A stretch of DNA of 64,000 nt. Source: Candidatus Methylomirabilis sp. (GTDB taxonomy: Bacteria > Methylomirabilota > Methylomirabilia > Methylomirabilales > Methylomirabilaceae). Location: the NCBI GenBank assembly GCA_041498975.1, contig JBGQJI010000001.1:1-64000 (forward strand). The letters are read 5' to 3'. Positions within the stretch are counted from its first letter, which is position 1; every line of letters begins with the position of its first letter. Made by a program: the position numbers and the translations under genes. This document shows, in pieces, positions 50,627 to 59,026 of this stretch. The notes beneath the pieces were generated by a model, which did not search any database, was not told the origin of the DNA, and saw nothing but the letters and a program-made list of their open reading frames with translations.

Positions 50627-52348
50627 TCATCGGGCATTGTGTTCCCTCCTCCTGGCCAGTTCCTCCTCGCGCAGGGCACGCCGGAGCACCTTGCCAACGA
50701 GTGTCTTCGGAAGCTCCTTCCGGAACTCCACCTGGGTGGGCACCTTGTACTTGGCCATTCTCTCCTTGCAGAAGTCGATGATCTCCTGTTCGGCGGCCGA
50801 CTGCCCCTCTTTCAGGACGACATACGCCTTCACCGTCTCTCCCATGTAAGGATCAGGCAGGCCAACCGCCACCACCTCCCGGACCTTCGGGTGCTCATAG
50901 AGGGGTTCTTCAACTTCACGGGGATAGACGTTGAAGCCACCCACGATGATCATTTCCTTCTTCCTGTCCACAATGCTGAAGTACCCCTGTTCGTCCATGT
51001 AGCCGATGTCGCCGGTGTATAACCATCCGTCCTTCAGCACTATTGCGGTCTCGTCCGACCGATTCCAGTACCCCGACATCACTTGGGGGCCCTTGACCAC
51101 CACCTCGCCGATTTCCCCTGGCGGAAGCGTCCGCTGGCCAGTCTCCAGGTCGACGATCCGCGCATCGGTGTCGGGCAGCGGAAGGCCGATCTTCCCGATC
51201 TTCCTGGCGCCATAGAGCGGGTTCGCGTGCGTGACCGGAGAGGCTTCTGTCAGGCCGTACCCTTCCACCAGGCGGGCGCCTGTTAAGGCCTCGAATTTTG
51301 TCTGTACCTCCACCGGCAGCGGCGCAGCCCCGCTCAGGCAGGCCTTGATCGAGTGGAGGTCGTACTTCGCCGCCTTCGGGTAATTATTGATCGCCACATA
51401 CATCGTCGGGACACCAGGAAAAAGGGTGGGACGGTACTTGGCGATCGCCTTCAGGACCTGCTTCACCTTGAATTGCGGCAGGAGAACCATGGTCTGACCC
51501 AGCGAGATGCAGAGGTTCATCACCACGGTCATCCCGTACACATGGAAAAACGGGACCGCGCCCAGGAAGACCTCCGTCCCCCCTTGCTCTTTCACCAGCC
51601 ATGCGCCGGTCTGGAGAGTGTTGGCCACCAGATTCCTGTGGGTCAGGACCGCCCCCTTGGCCACGCCTGTGGTCCCTCCGGTGTACTGGAGAAGGGCAGG
51701 GTCATCGGGGCGGACTTCGACGGTGGGAGGCTTCGCCGCTATGGAAGCCAGCATCTCCGAGAACAGCTCCGTCCCCGGGCTTCGCTCCACCCGAATCCGG
51801 TGCCCCTCCTTTTTCTCCTTGAGGACCGTGAAGAGCCCCCGCAGCAGTGGCGGGAAGTACTCCTTGATGTTGGTGATGATGATTCGCTTGAGCCCGGTCC
51901 TCGAGGCCACTTCTTTGGCGAGTGGATACAGCTTGGACAGCACGACGATGGTCTGTGAACCGGAGTCGTTCAATTGGTGCTCCAGCTCCTTCGCAGAATA
52001 GAGGGGGCTGGTGGAGACGACGACGCCGCCGGCGCGAAGCGTGCCGTAGTAGGCGATCACCATCTGGGGACAGTTCGGGAGGAAGAGCGACACCCGGTCA
52101 CCTTTCGCGAGGCCACGCTCGGCAAGGGCCGCGGCAAAGCGGTCCACGACCCGATCCAGCTCACGGTAGGTGAGCCTGCCGCCGTAGAAGATGATCGCGT
52201 CACGATCCGGGCAGTTTTTAGCAGAAATCGAGAGGAAGTGCTGGAGTGTGACCTCGGGGTACTCGAGGGTTCTAGGAATCCACTGGTCGTAGTGGGCGAA
52301 CCAGGGTCGGTCGAAGTCCTGATTCGTTGTCACATACGTGCTCTTCAT
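50627..52348 (-). CDS. Long-chain fatty acid--CoA ligase
   Basis: YTGGTTGVAKG, EGYGLTEASP, TGDIG, DRKKEMI, LPKTLVGK. Confidence 0.95.
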   Translation of the reverse strand: MKSTYVTTNQDFDRPWFAHYDQWIPRTLEYPEVTLQHFLSISAKNCPDRDAIIFYGGRLTYRELDRVVDRFAAALAERGLAKGDRVSLFLPNCPQMVIAYYGTLRAGGVVVSTSPLYSAKELEHQLNDSGSQTIVVLSKLYPLAKEVASRTGLKRIIITNIKEYFPPLLRGLFTVLKEKKEGHRIRVERSPGTELFSEMLASIAAKPPTVEVRPDDPALLQYTGGTTGVAKGAVLTHRNLVANTLQTGAWLVKEQGGTEVFLGAVPFFHVYGMTVVMNLCISLGQTMVLLPQFKVKQVLKAIAKYRPTLFPGVPTMYVAINNYPKAAKYDLHSIKACLSGAAPLPVEVQTKFEALTGARLVEGYGLTEASPVTHANPLYGARKIGKIGLPLPDTDARIVDLETGQRTLPPGEIGEVVVKGPQVMSGYWNRSDETAIVLKDGWLYTGDIGYMDEQGYFSIVDRKKEMIIVGGFNVYPREVEEPLYEHPKVREVVAVGLPDPYMGETVKAYVVLKEGQSAAEQEIIDFCKERMAKYKVPTQVEFRKELPKTLVGKVLRRALREEELARRREHNAR

Positions 52349-52486
52349 TCCTCACTCACTGCCGCCACATCGTCCCTTTCTGACGACAGGGGTGGTGACT
52401 ATGGCCCGTCTTTCTGCCCAGGGGGCCGGCGGCCAGGACACCGACTCTTCGCAATCGCCGTTCCGATAATCGGATTCTTCAATCGA

Positions 52487-52601
52487 CTCGTGCCGTTCAA
52501 GCCGGTTGGCCTCACGATACCACGATACGATGTTGTGTGGGCAAGTCAATCAACCTCTGCATGCCGGCACTATTTGTCCGAAACAGTTGGAACGGCACTA
52601 G
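52487..52601. mobile_element. MITE-like element, copy 3
   Basis: ctcGTGCCGttcaa...gttggaaCGGCACtag; shares ttggcctcacga, tgtgtggg, tcaatc, cctctgcat and tttgtccgaaa with copy 2. Confidence 0.65.
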
Positions 52602-52798
52602 CGGAGGACAGTTCGATCGCCCTTCAGGGCGAAGCAGCGGAAGCAGAGCATATCGTAAAGCCTCGCGGCTTGGCAATCAGAAAATCCAGGTCGAGGGGCC
52701 CATTCGACCCAGGTGCCGACAGGGTTCCAGATGCTGGGCCATGGAAGAAATCCGGGCGAACTGCTCAGACTTCGCCGGGACACTATCCGCCGGCAACA

Positions 52799-52912
52799 TC
52801 ATCCGAAGAAGACTAGGAGCGCCCCGACCATCACAGCCACAATCGCCGCGATCAGTAGAATAAAGGGCCAATACGTCCGCCCAGGGTCGATCGGGGCCGG
52901 GCCAAAGGTCAT
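52799..52912 (-). CDS. Possible 37-aa single-TM peptide
   Basis: MTFGPAPIDPGRTYWPFILLIAAIVAVMVGALLVFFG*; weak RBS. Confidence 0.35.
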   Translation of the reverse strand: MTFGPAPIDPGRTYWPFILLIAAIVAVMVGALLVFFG

Positions 52913-53045
52913 GGCAATCCATCCGCTTGCACGGCTGACACCCGTCTGAAGAGGGTGACTTTCTCGACGCTGGGCTGATCGTACCATCGATGGTCGGCAG
53001 CAAGACAGCGCAAACGACAATGGGCGGAAACGCTGTGGCATTGAC

Positions 53046-53648
53046 TCATGGATGGCCGAGAACCGTCTGGAGACCAAGCCGGACCATCATCACGCCGATC
53101 GCCGCCAGGAGGAGGTTCACGACCTTCGCGATAACGTTGAGGGTTCCACTGCCCACCATCGCCATGATCCACTCGGAGGCCCAGAGAGTCGCCCAGACGA
53201 TCCCGAGGTTGATCAGGAAAGCCGTTAGGGTGAGCCAGAAGCCGTGGCTATTCAAGAGGACAATCGAGGTGGTCAGGACTGCCGGTCCGACGATCAGTGG
53301 CATCGCTAGCGGAACCACGCCCAGCGCGTGGGATGGAAACCGTCGGGTCCGATCCTCGAAGAGGAGATCTGTGAGGGAAAGACAGAACAGCATGGCCCCA
53401 CCGGCGATCTGGAAATCCGCCTCGGTGATGCCGAGGTAGCGGAAGATCGCGTTGCCAAGCAGCATGAAACCGGCCCCGATGAGGCCAGCCGCAAAGATCG
53501 CCTGCCGGAAGGTCCGGTCCCGCTCCTGCTCGGACAGGCTCGCCGTCAAAGAGATAGAGATCGGAAGGATACCGAAGGCGTCGATCGCCACAAAAAGCGG
53601 GATGAAGGTGAGCAGAAAGGGCCGGATGAGGTTCACGCAGTAGGCCAA
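53046..53648 (-). CDS. MarC-family membrane protein
   Basis: FIPLFVAID, FQIAGG, VVPLAMPLIVGP, LLLAAIGV. Confidence 0.92.
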   Translation of the reverse strand: MAYCVNLIRPFLLTFIPLFVAIDAFGILPISISLTASLSEQERDRTFRQAIFAAGLIGAGFMLLGNAIFRYLGITEADFQIAGGAMLFCLSLTDLLFEDRTRRFPSHALGVVPLAMPLIVGPAVLTTSIVLLNSHGFWLTLTAFLINLGIVWATLWASEWIMAMVGSGTLNVIAKVVNLLLAAIGVMMVRLGLQTVLGHP

Positions 53649-53649
53649 A

Positions 53650-54375
53650 TTACCGGTTCTGGTCCAGGGCCATGCGCAGAAGGTCGGGACGGTCGGTGAT
53701 GATCCCGTCCACCCCGAGCCCGATGAAATGGCGCATCAGAGCAGGCTCGTTGACCACCCAGACAACGAGCTGGATGCCGGCGGCGCGACAGGCTTCCACC
53801 TCGGTCTTCGTGACGAGGGAGGCTTCCAGTGCTATGGCATCTGCGCTGACGGGGCCGGCGATCGCCGAAACGGAGACAGGCCGTCCGACCAGGAGCGCGG
53901 CGGTCCGGAGAGTCGGCTCGATCTCCTTCACTCGTTGCAGCGCATAATGGTCGAAGGAGGCAACGACCGTTTGCCCGATTGCCGAGCGCCGTCGCAACGC
54001 CGAGACCACCTTCTCCTCGATGCCGGGAAAGAAGGCCGAGCCGGCTTTGACCTCTAGCGCAAGCGGAGCCCTTCCAGCGTACCGATCGAGCACCTCCTCG
54101 AGCACCGGGATTCGCTGGCCAGCAAAGCCCTCTCCGAACCAGCGGCCGGCGTCCAGCCGCTTGAGTTCCTCGAGGCTCCGCTCGTGGACTGGGCCATGGC
54201 CGTCGGTGGTGCGATCAAGCGTGTCATCGTGAATCACGACCAGCTTCCCATCCCGACTCACGTGAAGGTCCAGTTCCAGGGCATCGGCTCCCAACTCGAG
54301 CGCCTTGTCAAAGGCGGCCATCGTGTTCTCCGGCGCGAGGGCCGACGCCCCCCGATGGGCGACGTTCAATGTCAT
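53650..54375 (-). CDS. Glycerophosphodiester phosphodiesterase
   Basis: AHRGASALAPENT, ELDLH, HDDTLDRTT, GVDGIITDRP. Confidence 0.95.
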   Translation of the reverse strand: MTLNVAHRGASALAPENTMAAFDKALELGADALELDLHVSRDGKLVVIHDDTLDRTTDGHGPVHERSLEELKRLDAGRWFGEGFAGQRIPVLEEVLDRYAGRAPLALEVKAGSAFFPGIEEKVVSALRRRSAIGQTVVASFDHYALQRVKEIEPTLRTAALLVGRPVSVSAIAGPVSADAIALEASLVTKTEVEACRAAGIQLVVWVVNEPALMRHFIGLGVDGIITDRPDLLRMALDQNR

Positions 54376-54756
54376 GGTGATCCTTTGGAGAATGATCCAG
54401 AGGCGGACAAAACGTTTCTCACACCTCTCGACGATAGCTCTCAGACAATCAACATCCTAGTACACTCGTGTCAGGCGTGTAAAGCAAACAGTCAGAAGTT
54501 GAAAAAACACTTGACAGAAGAACCGAAGGCATGATACCTGTAGGCGAACTCTTAGCATATGAGACTGCAGCTTATAGCGTCATAGCTGGCTTCCAGAGTC
54601 CAAGGGGGGGCAAAGGGAGGTGAGAGGTCGGAAACGTCTTGGCCGTATTTCAGCGCTGATAGAGCATAGGGTCTGAGCTATTTCTGATCTATTTCGCGAG
54701 GATTGACTCGACAGACGGGGTGAAGCCCCCCCTGAATGGGGCGAGGAGGAGCAAAA

Positions 54757-55740
54757 ATGAGTTTTGGAACACACTTGCCGTTCCGTAAGAAGCTTCTGCT
54801 TTCCCTACTAGTAGTCCCCATTTTCCTTGTGGGGTGGGCTTTGGTTCCGATAAGCGAGGCAGGGTTCCAGTCCAACTTTTTCATGTCAAACAATGGGACT
54901 GGCTATTTTGCCTTCAGAGGTGACGGCGCAGTTGGCGAGCCGGCCCGCGTGAGCACGGTCGGCCTGGGCGCCAGCACCAGCGGTGTCAGCGGTTCAACGA
55001 CATCGGTCCAGGGTAACCCACTCCAGGCAGATGTCTCAATCAGCCCGCTATTTAGTGGCGCCAGCGTAAAGCATACAGGGGTTATCGGCAGTTGCACCCT
55101 GCCGGGAACCTTTGACCCAGCCGCTAACTCAGGCAACGGCAAATGGACTATCGCCGGTCTCGGTGGGGATGGCGCTATCGATGGTTTCACCGATCCTCTC
55201 CTCACCAACACCCTCAGCACAGGGGGAGGCGGTGTGCCCAGTGCGGTTGCTTCAGGGAATCGGTACGCGTTTTCTGCTGGTCCAACGACGTCTGTCGCCA
55301 AGGGTGCCGCCCTCCCCGCTGATGGTTTCAGTATGAGCATCGGAAATTGTTTGGTCCTCGTCCTCAATAGCTCGTCGCTTCTCCTGCCGGGGACGACCTT
55401 GAGTGGAGCCGGTGCAGTTGCTGGGTTCCTCGGCGGCAGCGACGCAGGATGTTCGGGCACCAACGGTAACTTCGCCTGCGCAACGGCAGCAAAGCAGGAT
55501 AACGACTCAGTATTCTTAACAACCACGACCACATCGTCGACCTCGACGTCCACCTCGACCTCGACGTCCACCTCGAGCTCGACCACGACCTCGAGCACGA
55601 CGACGACCACCTCGAGCACGACGACAACTTCAACACCGAAGAAGATCCCAACCGCCGGGAACTGGGGTATGATCATCCTGGGGCTCGCCCTTATGGGGTC
55701 CATCGCCTGGATGCTGCAGGCCCGCAGATCTCTCCGGTAG
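54757..55740 (+). CDS. Secreted Gly/Ser/Thr-rich surface protein with IPTL-CTERM-like sorting signal
   Basis: Signal peptide; long pure S/T linker; C-terminal IPTAGNWGMIILGLALMGSIAWMLQARRSLR. Confidence 0.85.
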   Translation: MSFGTHLPFRKKLLLSLLVVPIFLVGWALVPISEAGFQSNFFMSNNGTGYFAFRGDGAVGEPARVSTVGLGASTSGVSGSTTSVQGNPLQADVSISPLFSGASVKHTGVIGSCTLPGTFDPAANSGNGKWTIAGLGGDGAIDGFTDPLLTNTLSTGGGGVPSAVASGNRYAFSAGPTTSVAKGAALPADGFSMSIGNCLVLVLNSSSLLLPGTTLSGAGAVAGFLGGSDAGCSGTNGNFACATAAKQDNDSVFLTTTTTSSTSTSTSTSTSTSSSTTTSSTTTTTSSTTTTSTPKKIPTAGNWGMIILGLALMGSIAWMLQARRSLR

Positions 55741-55773
55741 TCGGTAGTTTCGAAGTACTGAATTTTCTCGATC

Positions 55774-55808
55774 AAGAAAAAACGGGGCGCTTGCCCCGTT
55801 TTTTCTTT
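55774..55808 (+). terminator. Intrinsic terminator, likely bidirectional
   Basis: aaaaaacggggc-gctt-gccccgtttttt. Confidence 0.85.
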
Positions 55809-55821
55809 ATGGAGGGCATCG

Positions 55822-58005
55822 ATCTTCTCGTCGAGCTCGAGCCCGCACGCAGTCCGAACTGACGGGGAAGAAGCCCCGCTAGCGAGTCGGAGGGCCAGGA
55901 TCGAACTGGCCAGCTCACTGACTGCTCTCCTGCTCACGTACGCTCTCCTCCTCTGGTACCTCAAGCCTTCCCTCCTCCTGAATCCCACCATTACAGCGGG
56001 CGGAGACACGCTCTCGCATTATGTAGCGGCGAGGTATTTGCGGGATTATCTCCTCCCCAATGGGAAGATCGTCGGCTGGATGCCGGGTAATTTCGCAGGC
56101 TACCCAATCTTTCTCTTCTACTTCCCGCTCGCTTTCCTCCTGATCGCCAGCCTCAGCCTTGTCGTCCCGTTCCCTGTCGCCTTCAAGCTGGGAACGGTCG
56201 CCGGGACGCTTGGCCTGCCGATGGCCTCGCTCGCCGCGCTCCGCTGGATCGGTTGCCCATTCCCTATCCCTGCGCTGGGCGCAATCCTGACGCTTCCGTT
56301 CCTGTTCAACACAGGGAACAGTATGTGGGGCGGCAATATTCCCAGCACGCTGGCCGGCGAGTTCGCACACAGCCTCTCCCTCGCATTACTGGTGCTGTTT
56401 GTGGGCGCGCTCTACCGGGGTCTCCACACTAAGAGGAATGTCGCACGGTGCGCGATCCTTTTCGCCCTTGTCGGATTGGCGCATGGGCAGGGGCTGGTGA
56501 TCGCGGCGGCGCTCGGGCTGTACTTCCTGGCCGTTGAGTCGGACTTTCGAGCCGCGCTTGCGTATCTGATGCGTGTGTATGCGATCGGCGGCCTGCTCCT
56601 CGGTTTCTGGCTGGTGCCTCTCCTCGCCTACATCTCCTACACGACCGGGTTCATCATTAGCTGGGTATTTGCATCCATCTTTGAGATCTTCCCACTTGTG
56701 CTGTGGCCCACGGTGGCGATGGCGGCAGCCGCGGTCGCTTGGGCGTTGCGGCAGAGACAGGGCGAGAAGGAGTGGCTCGGATGGGTCCACTACCTGACCT
56801 TCCCCGTCGTCTTCTCGGCGCTCTTCTATTTCGTCGCCCCACGGCTCAACCTGGTGGACGTCAGATTTTTGGCCTTTGCGCAGTCCTTCCTCACGCTGCT
56901 GGCCGCGGTCGGACTTGGGCGCGTCCTCATGCGGCTACCCCAATCGTTGCGCGCCTGGGCGCCTCCAGTGGTCGCAATAATGGCGATCGCCTGGATCGTG
57001 CCCCAGCAATCGTTCATCCCAGACTGGATCCGCTGGAACTACGAGGGGATGGAGAACAAGCCCTGGTGGCGATACTATAGTGTCGTCACCTCGATTGGCC
57101 TTGCCGGTGGCCCCCAGAGCCCGCGAGTCGCGTACGAACATTCTCCCCTGCACGACCAGGCAGGCACGATCAAGGCATTCGAGGCGCTGCCACTGTTCTC
57201 GGGGCGGCCCACTCTCGAAGGGGTATACCTGCAGGCCTCACCGAGCGCACCGTTCATCGCCTACATCCAATCCGAACTGACGGAGACCCCCTCCTGCCCC
57301 TTCTTGCCCTATCGCTGCACGACCTTTGACCCGACGCGGGCCCTCGCCCACCTCGAGCTCTTCAACGTCAAGGAGGTGATCGCCGTCAGCGAAAAGGTCA
57401 AGGCCGACCTGGCATCAAACCCAGGTTACCGCGAGGAGGGCGAGGTCGGGCCATACAAGCTCTTCGAGGTGCGCCAGGGGAGCGGCCACTACGTCGTGCC
57501 CATTCCGAACAGGCCGGCTCTGGTAAAGGATGCCGACTGGAAGCGCCTGGCCTACGACTGGTTTCAGAAGCCCGACTGGCTATCTGTCCCGCTCCTCTTT
57601 CTGCGGCGGGGCGAACCGACGCCCCCAGAAACGGTGCCGTTCCGTGGTCTCGACGAGGGGCCGGTGAAGCAGGCCTTTCCGTCGGAGTGCCAGGTAAGAG
57701 ATGCGCTGGGAAATGAGGAGGTCCGATTCGAGACCGATTGTCCGGGGCGGCCGCATCTGATCAAGGTCTCTTACCACCCCAAGTGGTTCGTCGAGGGGGC
57801 CGATCGGGTGTACTTAGTCTCCCCGGCGTTCATGCTGGTCTATCCCAGGGCGCGGCAGGTCCGGCTCGTGTTTGGCAACCGCTGGCCCGACTACGTCGGA
57901 CGCGCAGCCACGGCGCTCGGCCTCTTGTGGCTCGTGATTGAGGCATTTGTTCTTCCTGTCAGAAAGCGATACGGCCAGCCTCCGCCCGGCAAACCCGTCA
58001 AGTAA
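55822..58005 (+). CDS. Polytopic membrane protein, PTPS-related/GT-C-like (start uncertain)
   Basis: AGGDT, NSMWGGNIPSTLAGEFAHS, WIRWNYEG shared with the 59019 paralog. Frame is open from 55762; first canonical start is TTG56038. Confidence 0.8.
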   Translation: MFSSSSSPHAVRTDGEEAPLASRRARIELASSLTALLLTYALLLWYLKPSLLLNPTITAGGDTLSHYVAARYLRDYLLPNGKIVGWMPGNFAGYPIFLFYFPLAFLLIASLSLVVPFPVAFKLGTVAGTLGLPMASLAALRWIGCPFPIPALGAILTLPFLFNTGNSMWGGNIPSTLAGEFAHSLSLALLVLFVGALYRGLHTKRNVARCAILFALVGLAHGQGLVIAAALGLYFLAVESDFRAALAYLMRVYAIGGLLLGFWLVPLLAYISYTTGFIISWVFASIFEIFPLVLWPTVAMAAAAVAWALRQRQGEKEWLGWVHYLTFPVVFSALFYFVAPRLNLVDVRFLAFAQSFLTLLAAVGLGRVLMRLPQSLRAWAPPVVAIMAIAWIVPQQSFIPDWIRWNYEGMENKPWWRYYSVVTSIGLAGGPQSPRVAYEHSPLHDQAGTIKAFEALPLFSGRPTLEGVYLQASPSAPFIAYIQSELTETPSCPFLPYRCTTFDPTRALAHLELFNVKEVIAVSEKVKADLASNPGYREEGEVGPYKLFEVRQGSGHYVVPIPNRPALVKDADWKRLAYDWFQKPDWLSVPLLFLRRGEPTPPETVPFRGLDEGPVKQAFPSECQVRDALGNEEVRFETDCPGRPHLIKVSYHPKWFVEGADRVYLVSPAFMLVYPRARQVRLVFGNRWPDYVGRAATALGLLWLVIEAFVLPVRKRYGQPPPGKPVK

Positions 58006-58297
58006 GTGGCTCGCGGCTCGTCCCCCTCTCATGGTAAGAGTCCAAGAGCACTCCATTTTTGCCTTGACGCACATGGCCTGCTCCGGCTAGCATCCGTGAA
58101 TCGGAGAGTAAGGGCGTGTCGGTCCCTTTCGCGCCCCAGCTCGCTCCTTCGAGGGGGCTTGCAGAAAGGAATCGAGGCTCCTGGCTGATTCCCTCCTCTC
58201 AGGCGGAAGCGTTTCACGTTATCCGAGGTCCGTTCGCTGGGCAACCGTGGCTGGGCGCGCCGCAGGAAGGCGTGGTTGACTGCGGTCCCACGAGACC

Positions 58298-59026
58298 GTG
58301 TCGAAAGACCCGCTCACTGTCTCCCTTATCATCCCAACCTATTGCCAGCGCGCGCGCACTGGACGGGCCGCCGCCGCCGCGATGGAGTTTTTGCGATCGC
58401 GGTTCTTCGAGCAGGCAGAGCTGATCGTCGTGGACGACGGGAGCCCGCCCGGCCAGGGTGTCGCGGCCGGCGACCTGCCCTCCGGGACGATGCTGATCCG
58501 TCACCAGCGGAACCTTGGCAAAGGGGGGGCGGTGCGGAGCGGAGTCCTCCGGGCTCGCGGCAGCTACATCGTTTTTACCGACTCCGACCTCCCCTTTTCG
58601 CTCGAACCGCTCGACACCACGCTCGACTGGCTTCGCGAGGACACCGATATCGTTATCGGCGAGCGACAACACCTTGAGCCGTCCCCTGACATCGAGGTCA
58701 CGTGGGCGCGGCACCTATCGAGCGTCGTCTATACCTGGATGGTCCACAACCTACTCGGCCTCGACTATCCGGACATACAGTGCGGGTACAAAGGGTACCG
58801 CGCTGCCGTGGCGAAGGATCTTTTCGGACGCCTCGAGGTCACGAGCTTTGCGTTCGAGGCCGAGATCATGATCCGGGCGCAGAAGGCAGGGTATCGGATT
58901 CGCCGGCTGCCGGTGAGGCTGGTGCACAACGAGGATTCGTCGGTTCGCCTGACCAGACACGCTCCACGGATGATCATCGACACCCTCCGCATCGCCTGGC
59001 GGGCGCGGCGCGGCGCCTATGACTGA
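58298..59026 (+). CDS. GT2 polyprenol-phosphate glycosyltransferase-like enzyme
   Basis: VVDDGS, NLGKGGAVRSG, FTDSDL, DIQCGYK, FAFEAEI. Confidence 0.9.
   Translation: MSKDPLTVSLIIPTYCQRARTGRAAAAAMEFLRSRFFEQAELIVVDDGSPPGQGVAAGDLPSGTMLIRHQRNLGKGGAVRSGVLRARGSYIVFTDSDLPFSLEPLDTTLDWLREDTDIVIGERQHLEPSPDIEVTWARHLSSVVYTWMVHNLLGLDYPDIQCGYKGYRAAVAKDLFGRLEVTSFAFEAEIMIRAQKAGYRIRRLPVRLVHNEDSSVRLTRHAPRMIIDTLRIAWRARRGAYD

Noticed and set aside
52598..52801. Sec read-through of the 37-aa peptide into an in-frame extension
   Set aside because: The extension is not protein-like and ends at a MITE; TGA is simply the common stop codon here.
54511..54750. sigma70 promoter or c-di-GMP riboswitch ahead of the IPTL gene
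   Set aside because: TTGACA is present but has no well-spaced -10, and the riboswitch core (GGCAAAC...GCAAA) is incomplete.
54903..56009. 368-aa minus-strand ORF with a Val-rich tract
   Set aside because: Antisense image of the Thr/Ser linker.
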